Part shown: positions 37,639 to 50,910 of the stretch, in pieces | How the letters are laid out: every line of letters starts with the position of its first letter | Position numbering within the stretch: position 1 is the stretch's first letter | NCBI GenBank assembly: GCA_951406725.2 | Contig: OX597836.1 | Coordinates: 37,882,001-37,946,000, forward strand | Length of the DNA: 64,000 bases | Direction: 5' to 3' | DNA from: Octopus vulgaris | Lineage: Eukaryota | The notes under the pieces: generated by a model | Told to the model about the DNA's origin: nothing | The model's input: the letters and a program-made list of their open reading frames with translations, nothing else | Databases searched by the model: none | Translations under genes and position numbers: made by a program

Positions 37639-39858
37639 TTGAAAACAACTTGCACATGCAAGTGCTACCAGTTGAGAGCTCCGTATACCGGAAGCCAGCG
37701 AGTGTATGGGGTTATCAGGAGAGAATGCGCGCCGTTTCGGGGCCTACCTCTCGACGGCATCAATGCGCATCGGCCCACAAAACTGATATCAAGCCCCGCT
37801 TGATAGATCAACTGGTTATCAATATTCTTCTAGCCATCGCTCATCTTCTCTCTTTAATCAAATCCACTGGCTAACCTTTTCCACTGTAGTTTGGATATCG
37901 GTCATGGTGGTATTTACTTTACAATGAGTTAGGCCCAACGATAACAACAGTCGTCTCACACTGTGTCCAACAAACCCTCTACACCCAACTTCGATTGGAA
38001 AATGCTCCGCTATCCAGCCTGCGTCTTCACATTCCTCGAGGAGGTTTACATAACGGTCAATCTTTCGAGCCCGAGCGGAGTCCATGCTATCTTCATGAGG
38101 AACCGTTAACTCGACTAGATTCACAACTCTCTTTCCTTCACACCACATTAAAATGTCCGGTTGTTTCGTTACTGGGATGGGAAAGAGTCCATGGCACCCT
38201 GGTAAATCTGCAGTCACATCCCAGTAGCCGTTCCACTTTTCATCGCTCACATGAAATTTGTTGTTCTTGAAATGGATCCGCTGTCTTGAGCGCACGAAGG
38301 TAATGAAATCTCTAGATGTTACTTTCAACGGTTTTTTCCACTGTTGTTGCGATCAGTTTGGTTTTTTATAACATTATAGATAACCTTAAGGACCAGGTTG
38401 TGTCTCCATGTATACCTATTCAATGATAGTGAACACTTGGAAAGAATATGTTTCAGTGTTCCGACCTTTCCGCATTTACATAGAACATTCTCTGAGACGT
38501 TACATCTAACTAGATCTGCAGGTGATGGCAAGACATCATAGGATGAATGAATCAGAAAACTTAGCCGAGATGTGGCCCATCTCCATATCTCATCCCAACT
38601 TATTTTTCTCTCAGCAATATGTTCCTACCATCTCGTTATCTGACCTTATTTCAAATGAAGCTGTCTTCTCTCTGCTTCCCTCGTTTTTATACTGTTGCTA
38701 ACAACAGACCGGCGTTCGCTCCACTTCATACTTGCAAACGGTCTGAACCGATCTGTACCAAAACCAAGTCTCTTCCGATGAATTTGCGTTGCACCCACCA
38801 TATCTCGATGTGTAAGAAAGACAGGATGTCATCAGTCTCTGATTCTGCTTTCCACTTCCTGGCTATTTTCACATCTGCTGGATTACGCCTGATTTCCCAT
38901 GCTTTTCAACTCTCTCAGAATCATCACCGTTCGTACCTTCCCCAATTCATAAATTTCGACTATTGACGCCAGTGATAACTGCAACGAGCCTCTTTTACGA
39001 TAAAGAGCTGAATTGCTCAATATCCGAGGTAGGCTTAGCCACTTTCTAATGAACAAACTACATTTTTGTTCAATGTTTAGAACTCGTGACAATGCTACTT
39101 CGTCTATTAAAAGTGGCCACGAAAGTCACGGATACAAGCCGAACTATAAGCACCAAATTTTATATTTATCTGATAACTTTGAGTAATCAATTGCTGATAT
39201 TCCAATCTCGGCTTGTTTCATATTTTCCATTCCGCTACTCCTATCTGACAATGTGCCAGCATATACTCGCCCTAAGCTCTTGACAGGCTCTTCTTTGACA
39301 GTTGGAATGCTTGCTTCAGCTATTCGAAACTGAACTTTTTTCTGCACTCCCTTAACAAACGTCAGACTACGCGACTGTTTTGCTCTAAACCGCATTCTTG
39401 ACCACCTCACAAGCTCGGCTAATCTCAAGAGGGCACCCTGCATGATTTGCTTGTCTGTTGATAGAAGTGTCACGTCATCCATGACGGCTTTGTTAAGCGA
39501 CTGTACTTAGGCGATTTGTTCCGAAAAATCCACGGCTTTCAAAATCATCTCCATGGCTAAGATAAACCACGTGACAGGTATTGTGCAGCCAGCAGCAATG
39601 CCAATCTGTTGCAAAATCTCCAGCTGTAAACCTCATCTCGAAACTGTCATAATATACCCTCATTAATTTGGTCACTTTGTCTGGAATGTGGAAGTGGTCC
39701 ATGGCTCTCATCAGTAATTCATGTGGCACTGAGCCATATGCATTAGACTTCTCTTGTTCTGTTTGGCATCCTGGATCGCTTTCCAAATCGGAAAACAGTG
39801 TTCACCGCATCCAGGGATCCCAAGGATTCCGGCCTTTTGGACAGATTTATATCTATTG
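37638..39858 (-). mobile_element. HERO-clade non-LTR retrotransposon (RT, CCHC, RLE), decayed and 5'-truncated
   Basis: SVQKAGI.G.PGC.EH, SNAYGSVPH, MDDVT, KSLGR, CKCGKVGTLKHILSKC...YTWRHN, PDIL...VELTVPHE...RKIDRY, FPIEVGCRGFV; 3'UTR abuts (CA)n. Confidence 0.92.
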
Positions 39859-40061
39859 GTTATTTTAGCGTGCGGTGTACTGCAGTATCTGAAGTTTGTG
39901 TTGTGCAATGATCTGCTCTGAATTAGGGTTAGGATTAGGATTTAGGGTTAAGGCTAGAGGTTATGGTTAAGCATTAGGGACCGTATTAAAGCTAGGGTTT
40001 AGGCGTCAGACTGCATGCTAAAGTGTAAATGGCCGACGAAACCGCCCTCTAAAGTGGCAAC
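39856..40061. mobile_element. Small MITE family M2 with degenerate TTAGGG repeats
   Basis: Right end AGACTGCATGCTAAA.TGTAAATGGCC...CTAAAGTGGCA shared with 43910-44048; left end resembles its inverse. Confidence 0.65.
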
Positions 40062-41062
40062 GTTTTTTGGGGGGGGGGTTTCTAATTAGTTCATAAAAGT
40101 TTTTAAAACAAGTCAAGCAATGCAGAGAGGCTACCTTGATGGCATGCCCTTTAATTGTTAAATCTTGTCACACTTGACCAATAACTGTAAAATACTTGCT
40201 AATAATGAACTTCTCTGAGGCGGCGAGCTGGCAGAATCATTAGCATGCCGGACAAAACGTTGAATTCAAATTCCGCCAGGTTTTTGCCTTTTATCCTTTC
40301 TGGATCGATTAAAATAAGTACCAGATGAACAGAGGGGTTCGATCTCAAAGACTTAACCCTTCCCCCGAAATTACTGGCCTTGTGCTAAAATTTGAAACCA
40401 GTATTGAAATTCTCTTCCTTTGACCTAAACACAGATGTTTCCAATTCTGTGACGATGGCATTATTTTGTATTTAAATATTATTCATAACCATATCATGTT
40501 GAGAACACCGGATCTCCAGTAAGAAACCAGGTTACATAGAAACATACATACATAGACACGCGAACATATATACACGCGTAAGCGCGCACACACACACACA
40601 CACACACAAACGTTTGTTTTTATATCGGGTTATGATAAAAACGATTTTACATAAAACTGAAGGATTACTCCATATGTTTTGTTGACAGTTTCATGAAGAC
40701 TAAGCATGCTGAAATTTCGAAGTTACTATTAACACTATTCATGTTAAAGAATAATCTCTGTGTGTGTGTGTGTGTGTGTGCGTGTGTTCGACCATTTGAA
40801 TGATCTATTCATTGAAATGGCAGCTGAGTATTCCATGGTCATGCGTACCTTTAGTGTAATTTTCAAGTAGGATTAGCACGATTCACAGTGATAAGGCTTC
40901 ATATATATTTTTTTTTAATTACAGTTCAGCCAAGGGCTTCTTCACAGTTTCCATCTGACAAATTTCTCGTGACAATTGCTCAAGATGCCATCCAGTAAGA
41001 TTGAACTCAGAAACTCATAACTGCGATGAATACCTTTTAGCCATTGTGCCATACCGTGGTCT

Positions 41063-41098
<36 letters not shown>

Positions 41099-41237
41099 AA
41101 CTCCTTCTTCTTATATACTGTACATATCTTAGTACTAACTGAGAGATCGTGGGTTCATATCCTTCCATCGTGAATACGTTGTGCTCGGAACCCAGTTCAC
41201 TCTTTCAGGAAATGTCACCATAGGAAATATCCTACGT

Positions 41238-41635
41238 AGGCGTAGGAGTGGCTGTGTGGTAAGTAGCTTGCTTACCAACCACACGGTTCCGGGTTCAGTC
41301 CCTCTGCGTGGCACCTTGAGTAAGTGTCTTCTACTATAGCCTCGGGCCGACCAAAGCCTTGTGAGTGGATTTGGTAGATGGAAACTGAAAGAAGCCCGTC
41401 GTATATATGTATATATATATATATGTGTGTGTCTGTGTTTGTCTCCCCAACATCGCTTGACAACCGATGCTGGTGTGTTTACGTCCCCGTAACTTAGCGG
41501 TTCGGCCAAAGAGACCGATAGAATAAGTACTAGGCTTACAAAGAATAAGTCCCGGGGTCGATGTGCTCGACTAAAGGCAGTGCTCCAGCATGGTCGCAGT
41601 CAAATGACTGAAACAAATAAAAGAGTAAAAGAGTA
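41238..41635 (+). mobile_element. SINE family B, full-length young copy
   Basis: Near-identical to 15781-16190. Confidence 0.92.
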
Positions 41636-42704
41636 TAAGAATATTAAGAATTTCAGTAGCTTGCAGGGCTTAGTTCGATTCTCCTTAGAAGAACATGAGT
41701 TCCATTATGGGCTGACTTTCTCTTGATATGAAATACAAATGTGTTACAATGACATTTAGGACTTGGTATTTCATCACAGTCTTTTATCCATGTGTAAAAA
41801 TCTGCACATATAGCAAAGTATATATACACACAGAAGCATACATTTGCTTGCATACATACACTTATACACACAAACATATGTGTGATGTGGTTTATATGCA
41901 TGTATGCAGGGAAATACATTTGTAAACGGACACAAACGAGCATAAGTAATTGAGAGGGTGAGCTAGCAGAATCATTAGCAGGCCGAGCAAAATGCATAGC
42001 GGCTTTTCATCTGTCTTCATGTTTTGAGTTCAAATTCCACCGAGGTTGACTTGCGCTTCATCCTTTCGGAGTCGATGAAATAAGCACCAATTGATCACTG
42101 GAGTCGATGTAATCGACTTATCCCCTCCCCCGAAATTGCTGGCCTTATGTCAAAATTTAGATAAATGAGATTCCGAGTTCAGTTCGATCACGTGACCACA
42201 ACCACGAGTTGACGCGAGTTTTCCGAAAGAAATTGAGTAGATGGAAGCCGTAAAAGCTTGTCAGGTCGATTGTATTTGTAATCGAAAAGGCCAGTCTTGA
42301 TACACACTCCTGGAAGTTACCTTAAGAGTACATGCGACTGTGAAATATTCAGCCTCTTAGTCCACAACTGAATGAGTTAACAGTTCAGGTAACCGAATAG
42401 ACGGAACATTCACTGTCGAAACTGACGTGTGTGGATTTTATTTTTTACTTGGTTCAGTCATTGAAGTGCAGCCATACAGGGGCACCACCTTGAAGAGTTT
42501 AGTCAAACAATTCGACTCCAGGACTTATTTTTAAAAATAAGTTTGATGCTTATTCTACTTTTTCCTTAGCCGAACCGCTAAATTAGGAGGTCGTACACAA
42601 ACCAAGCAGCATTTAGAAATACAAAGACAAGGACGTACGCATGTGTGTGTGTGTGTATGTGCGCGACGGGCCTCCATGTAGTTACTGTCTACCAAATTCA
42701 CTGA

Positions 42705-42824
42705 TTTCTTTATTACCCACAAGGGGCTAAACATAGCTGGGACAATCAACACATGAAAGAATGGAACAGCAAAATTATACAATGAAGATGGAACGGCCAT
42801 CCCAGTCCCGCTCCGGGGTGGTTA
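42705..42824 (-). mobile_element. 120-bp LINE 3' tail insertion inside a SINE-B, 12-bp TSD
   Basis: CAAATTCACTGA at 42693-42704 and 42825-42836; insert ends TGTTTAGCCCCTTGTGGGTAATAAAGAAA. Confidence 0.8.
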
Positions 42825-43114
42825 CAAATTCACTGACATGATTATTAGTCGACCGATAATAGAAGATACTTGCCGAAGGTACCGCGCTATGGGAGTGAAC
42901 CACAAACCACGTGACTGAAAAGCGAGCTTCTTAACCACACAGCCAGAGGAAACTTGTTCACTCACACATACATGAGAACACACACGTTCACTCACACACA
43001 CACACTCTCTCTCTCTCTCACACACACACATGCACACGCACATACAAAAAGGATGTACGTATATGTATTGATGTATGTACGTATACATGACAACACACAC
43101 TTCACTCACACACA

Positions 43115-43157
<43 letters not shown>

Positions 43158-43909
43158 ACACACACACGTCCATTTCATATCATATACACGTATATACATA
43201 CATCTTTCACTTTCACTTTAAAACAAAGGTAAAAAGTATTTTTTACGGAAGTTAAGGACTTGAAAATAATTTTTAAAAAACATAAAAATATTATCTGTTT
43301 AAAGAAAGCTAAAATATAATAACTTACTGTACAAACAACTTACATTTTTAAAATCACATTCAGTTAATATTTCTAAATGATTAAAATATTGTGTACGTCA
43401 AAAAGTCAACGTTTTTCTTTTCTTTTTTTCTTAGGAGTACGAAGACTGTGTGTATATGTCACAGACAGCGGACGTGTGTTTGTGTTGATTGACACGCCAT
43501 GACATTCATTATATGTGTGTGTAATCTGTATGTGTGTATGCGTGTTGTCACGGAAGCATGTTTTTTTTTTTGTCAAGAAATAACAAACAAAAAAATTGTT
43601 TACTCGTTTTCATTAATAAATAGAGGTCCAAATATCCCAAACATTTGTAGTGCACTGCCGAAGGTATGTATGAAAATAAATATGCAAAAAAAAAAACAGA
43701 TAAAATATACTGTTTCTGAGATATTTCGGGTACAAACAAACATTTTAGTATTAATGTTTTAGTATTAAGATTAATCTAGAGGTTTAGTATTAAGATTAAT
43801 CAGTAATTATTGATATGATAGAAATGATGACACGCTGGACTTAATTAGCTAAAGGTATTGAGTTTCATCTGCCTACACTCTCGGTTCAGGTTCTGTGATG
43901 ATGAATAAA

Positions 43910-44048
43910 GGATGCTACTTTAGTATACAGTCTACCGCAGAATCTGTAGTCTACACTGTGAAATGTGGACCTGATCTGGGTGAAGAATAGGGTTAGACTG
44001 CATGCTAAATTGTAAATGGCCAGGCAAACCGCACACTAAAGTGGCACC
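43910..44048. mobile_element. MITE M2, second copy
   Basis: GGATGCTACTTTAGTATACAG ... CCGCACACTAAAGTGGCACC imperfect TIRs. Confidence 0.65.
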
Positions 44049-45992
44049 AAAATATGTCCTTGTAATTTACACAAACGGGACTCATCGAAATTTCCAAATT
44101 ATACTGTCCTAATATCTGTTTTAGTGCATGAAATTATTGTCATAACGTTGTTTCGATTTTGTTCCATACGTACATCCTTTTTGTATGTACTTGTATGATT
44201 TCGTTCCATACGTTGGCGTTGCTGAAAATGTATTACTCGAACTTATTTCATTTTGTTAAAAATTTCGATTATGTCTTGAATTTCGTTCCACAGCGAGCTT
44301 GTTTAAAACATAACGCTCTTTTCATTATGTTAATCTTTTCGGGTAATCTTTCAGTTTAGGGTGTTTAAAAAAGTAAATAAAAATGAAAGGGGGAAATAAC
44401 AAGGGGTCAATAAAATAAATAAGCAGTTAGGCCTTGGATCGATGTAATTCCTTCTCTCCGCCGAGGTCGACTTTACCTTTCATCCTTTCGGGGTCGATAA
44501 ATTAAGTACCAGTTGCGTACTGGGGTCGATGTAATCGACTGGCTCCCTCCCCCAAAATTTCAGGCTTTGTGCCTAGAGTAGAAAAGAATTACTTCTCTCC
44601 TCAAAATTGTTGGCTAGTGCCAAAATTAGAAAGAAATGACAACCTTTTGGTTGTCTTCGTTTTTATTACATTGTGAAGTATAACATTTGATCGCATTTCG
44701 CGACAAAAATAATAATATTGCTTTGAAATTTTAGCGCAAAGCCAGCAATATAGGGAAACAGGCTAAGTCGATTATATCGACTCCAGTGCTCAACTGGTTC
44801 TTATTTTATCGATTCCGAAAAGATAAAAGGCGGAAGAAATATACCAATATTGATAATCAAACACTATAGAAAAACCTAAGTTTGTCACGATTCTTGTCAG
44901 CGTCTCTGTTTCGATCCCTTATCAAAGTGATTTGATTATAACGTACGTCTTTTCGTTTATGCATTTCGAAATACGTCAGAGTGCGTGTTTCCTATTTTCT
45001 AAAATTCTGAAGCTTACATAATCAGCAATTATATCAGTTCAGTAGAAAGAAAGAAAATCCCATATTTTCAAGAAAAGGGAGACTTTCCTCGAGCAAAAAC
45101 AAAAGAAAAATAAAAAGAAAAAAAGTTGTAACATATCTATTAACAGCTGTTATAGCAAACATTATGATATTTTTGCTGATACTAGCAAAATATTTGCTTT
45201 GGTCGTCACCATGCAGGCGCCATTAGCTTTGAAAGAGTTTTGTGTCAGCAGATCTGTGAACATTTTCTTCGTGGGACCTGGTAGTTCTCCTCCCTTTGCA
45301 ATTTAATGACTGACATACGTTTTTAGCGAACAGCTATGATCACCGTGTAACCAGACTAGTGACAGCATTGTATGTGCGTGATGTTATATTATATTTTACA
45401 CACGCACACATATAACAGGTGTGTGTGTGTATATATATGCACACTCATTTATACATATATAAAGCTCTATACATAAACGCAGCTATTGCAATATCTATTG
45501 CTTTTTGTGACTTGAATTAGTGGAATACATTTTCAATGCCCTAAAACTTCTCAAATTTAAAACGAATTACAATATATGTATATATACGTGAATACATATA
45601 TTTATATGTATTTATATACTTTTTAAAATTAAATATTAACATAACAGAAATGGTTTTGTTTTTGTTGTTGTTTTTTATTACTTTTTGTTACTTTTATCGT
45701 TTTTTACTTCGAACCAGGACAAAATTTGTTGTTAAATGAGACAACCTACGTGTATTACTGGTACTTTTTCGAGTCAAAAGGAAGTCTGTACATAGTCACT
45801 CGACCTGTAAGATCCAAATCCCTCAAACCATATTTTAGCACATCGTAAATAAAAATACAGTACTAAATACATAAGAAGATGGGGTGGTTTCGGTCGGGAT
45901 GCCTTTGATCATAACTGTACTCAACCACTAAGGAAATAGTTCAGTCGGTCCAACAATTGACTACTCGTCGTCGAAATCAACTTACAATATTT

Positions 45993-46336
45993 ACTAGCAG
46001 TATGACTCGGCGTTGCCGGGTCATAGTGCTAGTGCATGCATATACAATTGCGTGCGTGCGTGAGCACATACACGCGAGTACTGTCCAAATCTCTGACCAA
46101 TCACATACAGCTAGCTGGCATTCAATTGGCGTATCAAGTTTCGGGCATTTTGATTGGGTTTTGGATAGAAAATTCACAAAAAAGTCACTTTTATTGATTT
46201 TTTTTAATGGCTTTTCGGGGTGACTGGGGAAATGTAAAAATGAATGACCATAGAAAGTGCGAGCCCTCTAACTGAAAAACTGAATTTGTATAAAGGACAC
46301 GCACACAGACATTTTGCCGTTTATATATGTAGAGAT
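45993..46336 (+). mobile_element. Helitron/HINE-like non-autonomous element
   Basis: Starts ACTAGCAG with the hairpin TATGACTCGGCGTTGCCGGGTCATA; ends ACAGACATTTTGCCGTTTATATATGTAGAGAT. Confidence 0.6.
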
Positions 46337-47297
46337 TAACCCTCTCAGACTTGGGCTCCTCTGTCGAGCTTTACCCTCCACCTTGGCTCCTGAGCAAGAA
46401 AATTAATAGTCGCTCATATAGCTCAAGAGTAACAATTACAAGCAAACTAATGGACAGAATCAGATGCATCTTTTTTTTCTTTTTTTCCTCTACGTGTGTT
46501 GCTCATTACTGCTTTACCGGGAATCCGGCAAAGATGACTTTTAACCTATCCCCACAGTAGCGGGAACACGGCGTGATAGGGTTATTTTCTTTTCCTTTTT
46601 TTTTTTTTTTCACATATTCATATAATTTATCATCTTCCGGAAAATGAGGCGAGGAGGTGGTAGTATAGTTAGCATGCGAATAATTCTTAGCGATATTTTG
46701 TGCGTTTTTATGTTCTGAGTTCAAATTCCACCGAGATCGCCTTTTTGTTTTTTTAAGACAAAATGTTAAGTGATATTTTGTCCGTCTTTATGTTTTGATT
46801 TCAAATTTCACCGAAGTTGACTTTGCCTTTCATTCTTTTGAGATCGATAAAATAAGTAGCAATCAAGTACTGGGGTCGATGTAATCGGCTTCACTCCCCC
46901 CTCAAAAACTACTGACCCTGTGCCAAAATTTGAAACCATTATTCTCCGGAATCTAATTTAATTTCTGATATTCTTCTTCGTTAATTACGCCTTGTGGCCG
47001 AATGCTTATATAGTTTGTTTCGCTATCAAGTCATTCCTCGTTCTGTCCCTCTTGACGGCACTTTGGGCAAGTGTGTTCTACCATAACATCACGTCGATCC
47101 AAGCTATGTGAAGGAAATTAAGTAGACAGAAACTGTGTAGAAGCCCGTTATGGGAATTGTACCGGATGAATCCTGTTTAGGGAAGAAATTCGTTTTCTTA
47201 GTCAAAATCCTGCAGTGAACGCTGTTCGTGTTCTTGGTATGTACACAACAATATACATACATATATATTGTTGTGTACATTTACTATAATCCATAAC

Positions 47298-47364
47298 GTT
47301 ACTCGGTTTCACGTTCCCGTTCGTCGGACGAACGGACGAACGGGAACGTGAAACTCTAAGTAAC
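47298..47364. ncRNA. Palindromic pair of hammerhead-like motifs
   Basis: 20-bp perfect IR (47306-47325 / 47335-47354); minus arm CGT-CCGACGA-ACG GGAA CGT-GAAAC-CGA-GTA-ACG. Confidence 0.6.
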
Positions 47365-47519
47365 AGCTTATGTTATATTTAGATTTAACCCATTAGAAAT
47401 AATGAAGGGAACAAGACTTAGCTTTGACCAAAGGAAATTTTTCGTAAAATGCTACTGGAAGTTTGAAAACGCAGTCGAAGGGCAAAGACAGCTTGGGGGT
47501 GGGGGCTTCAAACAGACGC

Positions 47520-47945
47520 ACCTTCGTGACTTACCATCACTCGAATCAGAGATAAGTTTGTAACAAATGGAAGTGTTCAAGATGTTCACAAGAAACGTTC
47601 TACAAGTTCGCGGACATCGACGAGTTCTACAAAGCAAGAAAGGGTATTAGAAATGTACAGCCAGAGTTCCAGAAAATCTGTGCTGCATGCGAGTCGTGTG
47701 ATAGGAATTTCAAGATCAAGCGTCCGTTGCATTTTGAAAGACTACCATTGGAAAAGTTACATTCCAAGAATACTCCATTCTCCCAATTGGGACGATCTGG
47801 ACCGAAGAGTAGAGTCTTGAGAGTTGTGCTTGGCATGATGAGTAGAAGATCCACACGTTCCAACAAAGATTGGTGGAAGTATTGAGGCTACATTCAAATT
47901 AAATGGTTCAATTAACTATCAGATCTGTACCTACTGGAGACCTTT
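47520..47945 (+). mobile_element. Tc1/mariner-superfamily transposase N-terminal fragment
   Basis: IRDKFVTNGSVQDVHK...SSRKSV...GISRSSVRCILK...[18 protein letters not shown] (SDEAxFxLxGxVNxQN motif decayed). Confidence 0.75.
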
Positions 47946-47949
47946 GATT

Positions 47950-48570
47950 CCGGCAATTTTAACCAATCGCTGGCATCCATTTAGGTAAATAACATTCTGT
48001 GCCGTATGAATATGTCCCTCCTTTAAGAAACAGATTGGGTTTATTTACATTTGTGAAGAAAAAAGATACCCTTCCCCTAACCCTAAATCTAAAATAGATT
48101 GAAATGCAATAGATCGATACTAGGGTTATAATTATGGGTGACAATTTCATACGCCACCGCTACGGAAAATGGGATTTTTTTCTAGCGGTGTCAAATGAAA
48201 ATGTCACCCATAATTATGGCCCTAGTATCGATCTATTGCATTTCAATCTATTTTAGATTTAGGGTTAGTTAGGGGTTGGGGAGGGTATCTTTTTTTCTTC
48301 ACAAATATATATAAATCCAATCTGTTTCTTAAAGGAGGGACATATTCATTATGCACAGAATGTTATTTACTTATATGGACGCCAGCGATTGGTTAAAATT
48401 GCCGAAATGCTCGAAATTAAAGACGAAATATGTTACAACCTATAGAATTTTCTCAATAAAGCCAAGAGAAAATGATGTTTTATAAACACATTCTACCAGT
48501 ATACGAAGTTTAAATTTTTTTAGTTACCTAGAAATTATGTTGAAAACTGCCGTTCAAACCGAAAAGATCC
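47950..48570. mobile_element. MITE M1 subfamily, head-to-head inverted dimer
   Basis: 47950-48170 is the reverse complement of about 48175-48405; one TIR at 48570, none at the centre. Confidence 0.88.
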
Positions 48571-49355
48571 GCATTGTGCAAACAACGTAAGCTATTGTAA
48601 GCTAAGCAAGAGTAATTTATGTAAGCACTCTTCCTTGTATTATTTATACTTGGTCATGCGATTTTTTCTGAAAACTCAGTGCAACAACAGTGAATGTATT
48701 ATCAAGACAAGTTTGGTGTAACTGTTAGAAGTCTGTTATAAGCTGACAACGGTTCTGAGCTTGAGTACCTGATGATCTTTGTGTTGTTCAAACTGTATTA
48801 GATATGTTTATTGTTCACCGGAATTTAATTATCTCAACCTCCGACACATTGAAAACATTTGCCTTCTCCACCCACATTTTTCAAGATAATATCTTTTCAT
48901 TTCATTATTATCTCAAATAGGACATTTGATACGCTGGTCGTCTCACAACGGAAGACTGCACTCACTGAAAGTTCACTCCTTAATCTTTAGATTAACCAGA
49001 ATAAATCATTGAGCTTGCGAATGAGTTGAAATAAAGGACCTACTTATGCGCATCCTTTCTTTAGAAAAAGAAAAATGTATCAGTAACATTTGGTGATGAC
49101 GTTGCAACGATGTATTTATTTTGTCAGCAATAGATACTAGCTAATAATATTTCATTGGTATTATTGACGTGACAATTGTTTTCTTCGCGTTTTTTACCAT
49201 GTTTTTTCTTAGTTTTCATTGCCCAGAGCATGATCATCGTTATAATTTTGTGTGATTATCATGATTATTGCTGTAATATATATATATATATACATATATA
49301 TTTTTTTGTTTTTTGTTTTTTCTAACTTGGAAGACATTTTGTTAACAACACATTT

Positions 49356-49764
49356 GGATCTTTTCGGTTTGAACGGCAGTTTTTTCTCGCGGTGCCATAT
49401 GAATTTGTCACCCATAATTATGACCCTAGTATCGATCTATTGCATTTCAATCTGTTTTAGGGTTAGGGGTGGGGGGAAGGGTATCTTTTTTTCTTAAGAA
49501 ATGTAAATAAACCCGATCCATTTCTTAAACGAGGGACATAGTCAAACGGCACAGAATGTTTTTTACGTCAATAGACGTCATTGATTGGTTGAAATTGCAG
49601 ATTTTGAAGAAAACAACAAATATCTTACAAACTATAGAATTTTCTCAATAAAGCCAAGAGAAAATGATGTTTTATAAACACATTCTACTAGGATACGAAG
49701 TTTAAAAGTGTTTAGTTATGTGGAAATTATTTTTTAAAAACTGCCGGTCAAACCGAAAAGATCC
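49356..49764. mobile_element. MITE M1
   Basis: Both TIRs; perfect 8-bp TSD ACACATTT. Confidence 0.95.
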
Positions 49765-49799
49765 ACACATTTTTGCAGGGACAAAAGAAAAAAAACATT

Positions 49800-50152
49800 A
49801 AAAGTATAGAAGATCACATTATCGAATAAAAACCCATAAACACCCAACTAAGAAAACAAATAAAAAGAAAACAAGGGAGGGAATTTAGTAGAAGAAGATG
49901 GGGGAGAGAATAACGAGTTATATGCCCCAGATCAAATTAGCGTGTTTAGCCAGCGGAACCTCGTGAACATGATTGCAAAGGCATTGCTGCGGAGCATGGT
50001 CAGTGACTTTCGCTGCAACAGCCACCTCATCTATGGAGGTTCATTTGTCAGACGGACTGCAGTTATCTCAATTTTGAAGAGAAAATCAACAGTGCGGGGT
50101 CCGCGAACACTACAGGTCTCAGCGGCGACTGGCACAAACTGATAGCAATTGT
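49800..50152 (-). mobile_element. CRE-like (RLE) non-LTR retrotransposon 3' end
   Basis: Minus strand YQFVPVAAETCSVRGPRTVDFLFKI...NEPP*MRWLLQRKSLTMLRSNAFAI matches the FxPxAxETxGxxG...LxQRxSxxxxRGNA C-terminus; T-rich 3'UTR follows. Confidence 0.75.
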
Positions 50153-50910
50153 AATTAAACTATTGTTGCTCTCCCTTCAGCATGAAACCTTTAAATGGAA
50201 ATAAAATTTCTTTGTGTCCTACAAAGTGGCATAACTAGAGCATTTTCCGCCCGGGACAGCCCTTGAGTGAATCGCCCCTTTCCCGGGCCCCCAAGTTTAT
50301 ACAGATCTATATAGCACACCTCTATGACAGCGCCGAGGACGGACCGCTACGCTACTGACTCTAGAGCATTAAATCCTGCTTTACCGATATGATTATGCTC
50401 ATATTTGTGATGTAACTATATTTTCAGACCTCATTTACCCAATAATTAGAATAAAATGTATCATGCCCTTTATTACCCAACCTATTTCCCTGTGAATTCA
50501 CTTCGTGGGTTTATATCAGCGGTAAGCATTTTGTTGTTTCTGTGAGGTGGATACTTCAGTCAACAAATTTAGCAGTGAAAACCTGAAATCAAAAAACATT
50601 AATAAATCAAGATTGACATCCTGTCTCAGTAATTAGTATTTCTAAGAAGCTAGTCACCTATTTCGGGGTGACAAGAAATAGGACCTACAATTTAAAACTA
50701 GTTTATTCACACTCTAGCTACCTTTATACATCTTTATGCTATTACTGCTAGTAAGTACAAAAGTAAAAAATAGCTTTGATCAGATGTCAGTTGAGCTTAC
50801 GCAGGATATTTTCCAAAATATTTGCAGTTACTTATGTCGGTTGATGTGTGTGTGTGTGTAATCTGTTACTTGTTTCAGTCATTAGACTGCGGCCATGGGT
50901 ACCGATTTGG

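Noticed and set aside
39922-39985. Telomere remnant or telomere-targeted retroelement junction
   Set aside because: The repeats are degenerate and lie inside a small TIR element also present at 43910
49942-50142. Plus-strand 66-aa ORF as a host exon
   Set aside because: The opposite strand encodes a CRE-like retrotransposon C-terminus
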